Shown in pieces: positions 9,775 to 17,294 of a stretch of DNA of 20,000 nt. Where the stretch lies: the IMG/VR virus record IMGVR_UViG_3300031857_013780, positions 52,390 through 72,389 of that record; one strand, written 5' to 3'. The notes under the pieces were generated by a model. That model was not told the origin of the DNA. It saw nothing but the letters and a program-made list of their open reading frames with translations, and made no database searches. This DNA is from an uncultured virus (IMG/VR IMGVR_UViG_3300031857_013780). Lineage: Duplodnaviria; Heunggongvirae; Uroviricota; Caudoviricetes. Within the stretch, counting starts at the first letter, position 1. Each line of letters opens with the position of its first letter. A program made the translations under genes and the position numbers.

Positions 9775-9790
9775 AAAATTCTATAATTAA

Positions 9791-9800
9791 TATTTATATA
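9791..9800 (+). promoter_or_regulatory. Candidate late promoter motif TATTTATATA
   Basis: In the 28-nt gap after the sigma gene; the identical 10-mer occurs at 13988-13997 in another intergenic gap. Confidence 0.45.
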
Positions 9801-9802
9801 TT

Positions 9803-10171
9803 ATGAATAGACAAAGAAAAAAAGAGATTGCACTAAACAAAGATTCGGTCTTAGGATTAATGCAAGAAATATATAATGAACTAGTCGAACAGAGGTCTAC
9901 CGCAATTAGAATACAAAATAAAATGTTATCTATGCTTAAAGATCCTGAAGACATGACATTAATAGGTCCTGTTATAAAGGAACAGCAAAAAATTATTAAC
10001 GACACCATAGAAAAAAAACTAACACTATCAAAATTACAATCAACAATTTGGGAAAAATCAAATAAATCAAGTGATGAAGACTTTAGTTTAACTGATGTTG
10101 ATGATGAGTTATTACAAAATTTAATACAAAAAGACATAAATAAACCAAGTAACGGTACATTCAATATTTAA
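9803..10171 (+). CDS. Hypothetical helical/coiled-coil protein (122 aa)
   Basis: Co-oriented ORF with an A-rich start context and an amphipathic helical pattern. Confidence 0.8.
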   Translation: MNRQRKKEIALNKDSVLGLMQEIYNELVEQRSTAIRIQNKMLSMLKDPEDMTLIGPVIKEQQKIINDTIEKKLTLSKLQSTIWEKSNKSSDEDFSLTDVDDELLQNLIQKDINKPSNGTFNI

Positions 10172-10174
10172 AAA

Positions 10175-12217
10175 ATGGGACTTGATTTAAAAAAAAGTTA
10201 TAGTGATGCGTCTGAAGAAATTTCAGCAATAAAAACCGTAAAAGAATCCAGTAAAGCAGATAAGAAATTAAAGAAGGATAAAATCAAAGATCCAACTTCA
10301 AATACAAAAGCCGAAAAAAAACAAATTACTTCTGATGAGGACAAAAAAAGTTTGGGTGAAAAAATTAAAGATTTAAGATCTTCAGAAGAATCTCCAATAG
10401 AAAAGTTGCTATTAATTTTTACACAAACTGATGACGCAGAAGAAACTGACGATAGTGAAGACTCTAATGAAAACGTAAAAGAAAAGAGAAAACAAAAAAA
10501 ATCTAAAAAACAAAAAAGAAAAAATAGAAGTAGTCTTGATAGGATGAGTAGGATTTTTTTAACAACATGTGTAAACACAAAAGAAAGGATTCTTAAAATA
10601 ATTATACAAGAAATTTTATACGCTATTGGTTGTTCTCAAGACCAATCATATGGTAATTTTGCGTTAACAAACACGCCAATATATGTAAAAATAAAAAATA
10701 TAGACTTTTTCAATATATTAAAAAACTCACCTGATGATGAATTGACAAAATATAGTTATGAGGATTCTGCAACAACAAACGGATCACTTTTTTTGTCGGG
10801 AACACCTTATTCTATGAATAGACAACTTTATACAAGAACCTTATCCCCAAATTCATTTTTTCAAGAGTATGGAGAATATTATAAAGGAGCTTCAGGAAAT
10901 GAAATATTTGATATACAATATGAACAAATTAATAATGAACAATATTTTAAAATAACCCTTAAACCCCAAGCAAATAATCAAGATACAGTTACCAATTTTT
11001 TAGAAGATTATTATAGAAGTATAGATCTATTTAATTTGGACAATTTAATTAATAATATTTTATCTAAATTATTTAATACTACAAATTTTGAATTACAAAT
11101 ACCAGAAGAAGAACTAACAGTAATTGAAAAGTTTTTTAGTATTATTAAACGTTTAATGGGTATATGTACAGACAACCCAAAAATTGAGGTTTCGGGAAAT
11201 GCAAAAATCGCTGAAGATGATTCTTTAAGTGATGATTTTTTTACGGTTTCGGGTATAGAACTTAGACAGATTGAGGATAGGGTTAACAACATTCAAAATG
11301 GGTTAGTAACTTTTGATGGTTGTGATTCTGTTTTATTACCTATTAATGTTTTAGCAGTAACAAAACTACAAAAACAAATAATAAGTGAAAACAAAAGTGA
11401 AAAGAAAATTGACAATTTACTAAATGGGTTAGCAGGATTAAGTAAAGATCCAAATTGGTCTGGTAGTATAGACGTGTTAAACTTGAACATACTTGATTTT
11501 ATTTTTAGAGAAATGATCATTGATTTACCAACAAACCTTTTAAAAACTATTTTGAGTCCTAAATTTATGTTAGGGTTTATGACTATGTTTAAAGCAATAA
11601 AAACTGTTGCATCAAATACTTTTAATGAATATTATGACGGGTTATTAGATTTTTTAAAAAAATTTAAAAAAGTAGTGTTTGGTATCGCAAAAAAAATAGT
11701 AACAATCTTTATAGAAGAATTATTCAAAGAAATTAAAAAAAATATAAAACTTTTAGTTCAAGACATTTTATTAGATATCGCAACAGAACAACAAAAAAAA
11801 TATTATGAAATGTATTCTAGTATTGTTTATTCTTTGTTACAATTAAACCAATTATTTACTGATTTTGCAAATTGTAAAAACGTGATAGATGAAATATTAA
11901 AACTACTAAATTTAAGTGTCGCTAAACTTAATATAGGGTTACCACAATTTGTATTGGCGGGAGCGGCCCAATTAGGTGGTGTTTCAGATACTAGAGCCTT
12001 TGCTAATACCATAAAAAATTTACAAAAGGCAGGATTACCGACGGGGGCAAATGCTGACGGCAGCCCAAATCTTATGAATATCGCATTAAAAGGTTTAATA
12101 CAGGGACAAAATACCGAAAATAATAAAAATGGTAAAGCAGAGATGTTTATTCCACCATTGACAATGACACCGGCAGGGATTACTTTACCCTCAAAGGGTG
12201 TTGGCAAGGCGTATTAA
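10175..12217 (+). CDS. Large hypothetical protein, probably virion-associated (680 aa)
   Basis: Long ORF with a charged low-complexity N-terminus and a Gly/Pro-rich C-terminus; upstream of the spike gene. Function inferred from context only. Confidence 0.75.
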   Translation: MGLDLKKSYSDASEEISAIKTVKESSKADKKLKKDKIKDPTSNTKAEKKQITSDEDKKSLGEKIKDLRSSEESPIEKLLLIFTQTDDAEETDDSEDSNENVKEKRKQKKSKKQKRKNRSSLDRMSRIFLTTCVNTKERILKIIIQEILYAIGCSQDQSYGNFALTNTPIYVKIKNIDFFNILKNSPDDELTKYSYEDSATTNGSLFLSGTPYSMNRQLYTRTLSPNSFFQEYGEYYKGASGNEIFDIQYEQINNEQYFKITLKPQANNQDTVTNFLEDYYRSIDLFNLDNLINNILSKLFNTTNFELQIPEEELTVIEKFFSIIKRLMGICTDNPKIEVSGNAKIAEDDSLSDDFFTVSGIELRQIEDRVNNIQNGLVTFDGCDSVLLPINVLAVTKLQKQIISENKSEKKIDNLLNGLAGLSKDPNWSGSIDVLNLNILDFIFREMIIDLPTNLLKTILSPKFMLGFMTMFKAIKTVASNTFNEYYDGLLDFLKKFKKVVFGIAKKIVTIFIEELFKEIKKNIKLLVQDILLDIATEQQKKYYEMYSSIVYSLLQLNQLFTDFANCKNVIDEILKLLNLSVAKLNIGLPQFVLAGAAQLGGVSDTRAFANTIKNLQKAGLPTGANADGSPNLMNIALKGLIQGQNTENNKNGKAEMFIPPLTMTPAGITLPSKGVGKAY

Positions 12218-12218
12218 T

Positions 12219-12425
12219 ATGGAAAAAGAAAAAATATTTGAAATACTAAACAACTATAGAACGGTTTCTAATAAAGAACTTTTAGAAACATTAAAGTTTT
12301 TAGATGAAGATTTTTATAAAACTAAAGATTTGATACTTAAACTCACTCGTCATTTAGACGTTACTGAGTCAAGTTACAATAAAATATTAGAAGAATTTAA
12401 TAGAAGAACAAACAATGGCAACTAG
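12219..12425 (+). CDS. Small hypothetical coiled-coil protein (68 aa)
   Basis: ATG at 12219 (TAAT-ATG after the upstream stop) is preferred over GTG 12198; overlaps the next start. Confidence 0.75.
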   Translation: MEKEKIFEILNNYRTVSNKELLETLKFLDEDFYKTKDLILKLTRHLDVTESSYNKILEEFNRRTNNGN

Positions 12426-13986
12426 TTTAATGCCCAGTGATTTTTCATCTGATATGACACAAAATATATATTTTGGTGTCTGTTTAGATACTAAAGACCC
12501 TTTAATGTTGGGCCGTATTAGGGTCGCACCAACAAATGAAGACGAAGACCAAGTTAAAAAATCAATAAAAGGTTTTGATGAAAACTCAAAAACCCCATTT
12601 AAAAATGGTCCATGGTCACAAAAAGATCCCTTCATATTTTTACCTCTTTTACCTTACTTTATAAATCAGGTACCAAAACCTGGTGAAAATGTTTTGTTAT
12701 TTTATTTCGATAGAAAAAGAAGATCAGGTAGAAATAAATTTTACATGATAGCCCCTTATTCTTCACCAACAACAATAAAAAATGAAGATTTTAGATCATC
12801 AAACACTCATTTGGATAGTGGTTATGGAAACTCTACAGTAAGTATCCCTTTTATAAAAGATAGTAACGGTCAATATGCTGACAAAGAAAAAAAGGGTGTT
12901 TTTGTTGAGCCTGTAGATATTTCAATAAATGGTAGAGATAGTTCTGATATTATTATAAAAGAAAGTGAACTCTTATTAAGGGCAGGAAAACACTTTACAT
13001 TCCAAAGAGGAGAAATACCATCACCAAACGAAAACAGGGCATTTTTTCAAATGTCATACTTTGATAAAGTAAAAATTTATGGAGATGATAAAACAATAAC
13101 TAGACTATTACCAAACGTTGAGGGTGTAAAATATTTAATAGAATACCAATGTTCGACTTTGAACACCACGGTTGATGTTTATACGGGTATGATTTTAATA
13201 TATAAACTTCCAGAAGACGCTCAAACTAAAACTGATTTTTTAGATTACAACACAGTTTTTACTAATGTCACTCCATCAATCATTTATACAAAAACACTTA
13301 CTGCGCTATCTTTTGATTTATTTATAAATGAAATTAATAAAGTTTTAATTGATTTTAAGAATCAACCACAAACACTTATACCAACTATTGAACAAGGTGA
13401 TAATTTTCCTTTTTTTTATAGACCTGATGCAACTTTAAGAAACTCAATAACCGATTTAATTTCTAGTGATAATATAGATATAAATGTTATTCAAAATACA
13501 ACTAAAATTATGGACGCAGTCCAAGTTAGTCCTGCAGATATTTCCCAAGGATATGGTTTGGTTAGTGATATAAATAATAATCCAAGAGAACCATTCATTA
13601 AGGTTGAAGAAACTTACAAACCAGTTACAGAAGAACAAATAGGTACAACAATCAATTTAATGGGGGCTCAACAAATGTACTTTTTATCTCACGATAATAC
13701 TACCCCTGAAATTAAAGAGGTGTTATCAACCAAAGGAATCTATGGTATTGAGGCCGATGATATATATGACACCTTACAACCTAATACCAAATCTATGGTT
13801 AGAGGCGAACCGTTATTAGATTTACTTCAGTTAATTGTTAATTTTTTAGTAACTCATGATCACCCTTTCCCAATGTTACCACCAACACCAGTTTCAGCAG
13901 CATCAGGAATATCAACTGCAGAAATATTAACAAAAATGCAAGAAGCTTATCAAAATGTTTTAAATAGTAATATTCGAATTAATTGA
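12415..13986 (+). CDS. Baseplate hub/central spike protein, gp5/gpV-like
   Basis: N-terminal OB-fold signature G.C.D.KDPLMLGRIRV...PKPGENV; C-terminal RGEPL..LL...THDHP with the HxH motif typical of spike apex domains. Confidence 0.7.
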   Translation: MATSLMPSDFSSDMTQNIYFGVCLDTKDPLMLGRIRVAPTNEDEDQVKKSIKGFDENSKTPFKNGPWSQKDPFIFLPLLPYFINQVPKPGENVLLFYFDRKRRSGRNKFYMIAPYSSPTTIKNEDFRSSNTHLDSGYGNSTVSIPFIKDSNGQYADKEKKGVFVEPVDISINGRDSSDIIIKESELLLRAGKHFTFQRGEIPSPNENRAFFQMSYFDKVKIYGDDKTITRLLPNVEGVKYLIEYQCSTLNTTVDVYTGMILIYKLPEDAQTKTDFLDYNTVFTNVTPSIIYTKTLTALSFDLFINEINKVLIDFKNQPQTLIPTIEQGDNFPFFYRPDATLRNSITDLISSDNIDINVIQNTTKIMDAVQVSPADISQGYGLVSDINNNPREPFIKVEETYKPVTEEQIGTTINLMGAQQMYFLSHDNTTPEIKEVLSTKGIYGIEADDIYDTLQPNTKSMVRGEPLLDLLQLIVNFLVTHDHPFPMLPPTPVSAASGISTAEILTKMQEAYQNVLNSNIRIN

Positions 13987-13987
13987 G

Positions 13988-13997
13988 TATTTATATA
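13988..13997 (+). promoter_or_regulatory. Candidate late promoter motif TATTTATATA
   Basis: In the 22-nt intergenic gap before ATG 14009; identical to 9791-9800. Confidence 0.45.
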
Positions 13998-14008
13998 TAA
14001 AACGTTAT

Positions 14009-15469
14009 ATGTCTATTCATAAATCTTATTTTGATAAGTCTAATACAATTATATATAATTCTTACACTAATACTGCGAGAAATCCTATTGTTGAATTATT
14101 TTTTGGTAGGGTAGATAACCTATCGGTACCAATAGGTTATAGTAGGTATATTTTTAATATAGATTTAACAAATTTACAGACAAAAATATCTGAAGGAATT
14201 ATATCAACAGGGTGTACTGGATTTTCTAATATTACCCACAAATTAAAAATGACTAACACATCATTCTTTGATAAAGAGTTACTTAACGATAAGACATCTC
14301 AAGGTAGAAGAAGGGCAACTTCTTTTGATTTAATATTATTTAGAATACCCCAAAACCAACAGTGGGATATGGGTGTAGGATATGATTATTATGATTTTGG
14401 AATCACTAATTTAAATGATAAATCTTTTTCTGATAGATCGTCAAATTGGTTTCAAAGAACGACTTTGAGTGGTTGGTCAACTAATGGAATATACGATAAT
14501 ACAAATTCTTCTTCGGGTACTTCAGTAAACTATTCAGCATTAACAATCATAGATACCCAACATTTTGAGTTAGGTAATGAGGATATTGAATTTGATATGA
14601 CAAATGAAATAAACTCAAGATTGAGTGGAGGAACGACGGGAGTTACTGGTTATGGTATCGCATATCTACCTCAGATTGAAAATATTTCCGGTATGACAGA
14701 AAACTATTTTGTTGGGTTTTTCTCTCCTTATACTCAAACTTTCTATGAACCTTATTTAGAGACAACATACGATGATTTAATCTTAGATGATAGAAATAAT
14801 TTTTATGATTCGTTCAATAATAAACTTTATTTATATGTTTATGAAAACGGAACCCCAATAAATTTAGATTCAAACCCAACTGTTGATATTTTAAATTTGG
14901 ACGGTGATCCTGTCGTTGGTTTTACATCTCTAACCACATGTTTGGTAACAAAAGGGGTTTATAAAGTAGATATAAATGGATTAACTTCTGATAGTACTCC
15001 TTGTTTATTTACTGATGTTTGGAAAAATTTAGTAATTGGTGGTAGTTCTTTAGATAATATAGAAAATGAGTTTGCGGTTTTATCTAAAACTAACAAATAT
15101 AATATTGGTACTAAAACAGAAAGTCCTAAATTATTTGGGTTTTCTTTTGATGGGATTAAACAAAATGAAAAGGTATTTAATACGGACGTTAGGAAAGTTA
15201 ATGTGACAATAAAACAGGCGTATTCTACTGCAACGGTATTAAAAGGAGTAAAGGCCTACTATAGAATATATGTTAGAGAGGGTGCAAATACAGAAGTACA
15301 AGTTCAAGATTGGACAGAAATTAATAGAACTACAGATGGTTATTATTTTGTTTTCGATACAAGAGATAAAATACCTAATGAATATTTTATAGATATTAAA
15401 GTAGTTTCAGATAGAAACATAGATACTTATAAAAGAGAATTACAATTTCAGATTGTAAATAAATTATAA
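14009..15469 (+). CDS. Probable virion structural protein with a DNRLRE-like beta domain plus Ig-like C-terminal part
   Basis: SRYIFNIDL, spaced Trp residues, EFDMT, GYGI and FFS...PYLETTY resemble the DNRLRE pattern; beta-rich; adjacent to the spike gene. Confidence 0.55.
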   Translation: MSIHKSYFDKSNTIIYNSYTNTARNPIVELFFGRVDNLSVPIGYSRYIFNIDLTNLQTKISEGIISTGCTGFSNITHKLKMTNTSFFDKELLNDKTSQGRRRATSFDLILFRIPQNQQWDMGVGYDYYDFGITNLNDKSFSDRSSNWFQRTTLSGWSTNGIYDNTNSSSGTSVNYSALTIIDTQHFELGNEDIEFDMTNEINSRLSGGTTGVTGYGIAYLPQIENISGMTENYFVGFFSPYTQTFYEPYLETTYDDLILDDRNNFYDSFNNKLYLYVYENGTPINLDSNPTVDILNLDGDPVVGFTSLTTCLVTKGVYKVDINGLTSDSTPCLFTDVWKNLVIGGSSLDNIENEFAVLSKTNKYNIGTKTESPKLFGFSFDGIKQNEKVFNTDVRKVNVTIKQAYSTATVLKGVKAYYRIYVREGANTEVQVQDWTEINRTTDGYYFVFDTRDKIPNEYFIDIKVVSDRNIDTYKRELQFQIVNKL

Positions 15470-15481
15470 TTTAAATAAAAA

Positions 15482-15661
15482 ATGGGACAAGTAAGCGCGA
15501 ACACAGAAGTTACTTTTTGTGAACAAATTTGTGACGGGTCTGGAGGAACAACCGTTGTTGAGGTTTCAACACCACACCCAACGTATTCAGATTTAACTGG
15601 AGGTACAGTAGTACAATTAAATATGGTTACTCTTGGGGGACCAAACGGATTAAACTCATAA
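15482..15661 (+). CDS. Small hypothetical protein (59 aa), absent from the ORF track
   Basis: Hand translation: MGQVSANTEVTFCEQICDGSGGTTVVEVSTPHPTYSDLTGGTVVQLNMVTLGGPNGLNS. A-rich start context; fills the gap and ends 3 nt before ATG 15665. Confidence 0.8.
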   Translation: MGQVSANTEVTFCEQICDGSGGTTVVEVSTPHPTYSDLTGGTVVQLNMVTLGGPNGLNS

Positions 15662-15664
15662 ATT

Positions 15665-16126
15665 ATGAATATCAATCATATTATACGTAAAGTATTAAAA
15701 GAAGAAGAAAAGAAACATTCAAGTAGATACATGTTTTTTTCAAATTTAGAACAAATGAGAAGACAATGTGATATGTTGTTAGAATTAGATGAATCAATGT
15801 TAGAAGAAATATTAGATAATGGTCATGATTGGGCACAAGATCACATTTCTGAAGCAAAGAACAATATGGATCAAGTTTTTGATTTTTTAATGAATGAAAC
15901 CAAAAAACATGGTATGCAAATGTCAATGAATATTGATGATAAAGATATGGTTGAAGAGGGTCGTAAAAAAACGGGAACAAAACTTTGTGCTAGAGGTTTA
16001 GCATCGGCTAAAGCTAAATATGACGTATTTCCAAGTGCTTATAGTAATGGTCATGGTGTACAAGTTTGTAAAGGAAAAATTAAAGGACTGGATGGTAAAA
16101 AAAGGTGCTCACCACCATACTGTTAA
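15665..16126 (+). CDS. Modular phage protein: leader, acidic helical domain, basic Cys-containing PSAYxNG domain
   Basis: MNINHIIRKVLKEE leader; C-terminal LCARG...KYDVFPSAYSNG...C...C...C. Confidence 0.8.
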   Translation: MNINHIIRKVLKEEEKKHSSRYMFFSNLEQMRRQCDMLLELDESMLEEILDNGHDWAQDHISEAKNNMDQVFDFLMNETKKHGMQMSMNIDDKDMVEEGRKKTGTKLCARGLASAKAKYDVFPSAYSNGHGVQVCKGKIKGLDGKKRCSPPYC

Positions 16127-16833
16127 AGACCTGATAAAATATTTCTAACTATAATATTTAAAGACTCTTTTTGAGTATTTTTTGTTTTATATGAAGTCAT
16201 GACAGGTTTTTGTCCTTTTCCTGATTGTGGGTCATTTTTTTCCGCACTTCTTTTTTGTTGGCACGCAGATCTTTTTTGTGAATCAGACATTTTGCCAGCA
16301 ACACCAGCGGCTCTACATTTAGGATAAGCACCTTTACTAGTGTCGCTTCTACCACAAGGTGGGTGTTTACCATCAACTTTTCTACAAATATCCACCCAAG
16401 GTCCTTTTGGTTGTGACGATCCTTTAGGTTTTTTCTTTTTTCCAAACCAAACCGCCAAATCTTCATTAATTGGTATTGCATTTAATTCAATCCACTCATT
16501 AACAGGAACAACTTTTTTACCTTTACCTGGTGTTTGATTTATTATACCACCATCTTCATCATTTGGTTGAGGATGTTTTTTATTATATAATGAAATTCTT
16601 TTTGATTTTGCTTCTAATTTTTTTCTGTCTTTCTTATGTGAATCTAAGGATCCGTCATAACTATCGTACTCTAATTCTGCATTATAAAACTTAGATACTT
16701 TGTGTTTGAATGGACCTAAAAACGAGTCGCCCCAATCAATTTCTCCCATAGTTAAAGGTCCGTTATAAGATCCTGCATATCGACTAGAATCGGCCTCTTT
16801 TATTATTTTTTTTACAATATTATTAATGTTCAT
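16123..16833 (-). CDS. Modular basic phage protein with a WF..WVD..PCGR..YPKC domain
   Basis: MNINNIVKKIIKEA leader; ATGA overlap with the upstream gene; stop overlaps the convergent gene's stop (TTAA 16123-16126). Confidence 0.8.
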   Translation of the reverse strand: MNINNIVKKIIKEADSSRYAGSYNGPLTMGEIDWGDSFLGPFKHKVSKFYNAELEYDSYDGSLDSHKKDRKKLEAKSKRISLYNKKHPQPNDEDGGIINQTPGKGKKVVPVNEWIELNAIPINEDLAVWFGKKKKPKGSSQPKGPWVDICRKVDGKHPPCGRSDTSKGAYPKCRAAGVAGKMSDSQKRSACQQKRSAEKNDPQSGKGQKPVMTSYKTKNTQKESLNIIVRNILSGL

Positions 16834-17294
16834 ATATTCTTTCTACTATCTAATAAATATCTGTATACTGTTAAATGTGTGTGATAAAATACTAAAATTA
16901 GTATCCCCCAAGTTTCTGCCCAAAATAATCCATCAAATAAAAAAAGTGCGGATAGTAAAAATATAAAAAAATAGTACCTGAATTTTTTAATACTCCATAA
17001 CGATACCGCAGAAAAAATAAAAAATAATACCGCAAAAATATTATGTAAAACAAAATGGTCAGTCACTGAAAATGAAGTTAAAAGTAAAAGAAGTATTGCC
17101 GGTACTCTCCATTTTGGCATTTTAAAAAAGAAAAAACTAACAAGAGCGTTTGTGATTATAAAAAGTGGTTGTAGCGGTGTGTTCCAAGACTGTGATATTG
17201 CGTGGTCGTCGCCATATAGGAAATAAATGATGAAAGGTTGTAAGACCGCCAAAAAGGACGCAAACAACCTTTCAAACATATCCCATCTATTCAT
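16830..17294 (-). CDS. Polytopic membrane protein (about 5-6 hydrophobic segments; loosely DUF998-like)
   Basis: Alternating hydrophobic stretches, AIS and H...A.LFF motifs; start abuts the upstream stop. Confidence 0.75.
   Translation of the reverse strand: MNRWDMFERLFASFLAVLQPFIIYFLYGDDHAISQSWNTPLQPLFIITNALVSFFFFKMPKWRVPAILLLLLTSFSVTDHFVLHNIFAVLFFIFSAVSLWSIKKFRYYFFIFLLSALFLFDGLFWAETWGILILVFYHTHLTVYRYLLDSRKNI

Noticed and set aside
9803..10171. Terminase small subunit call
   Set aside because: Size and helicity fit, but there is no diagnostic motif and no adjacent large subunit.
10420..10535. Acidic run followed by a Lys/Arg run resembling a nuclear localisation signal
   Set aside because: Low-complexity charged sequence in AT-rich DNA; the surrounding spike and sigma genes indicate a bacteriophage rather than a eukaryotic virus.
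12198..12218. GTG start and N-terminal extension of the 75-aa ORF
   Set aside because: ATG 12219 directly after the upstream stop fits the coupling pattern seen throughout the window.
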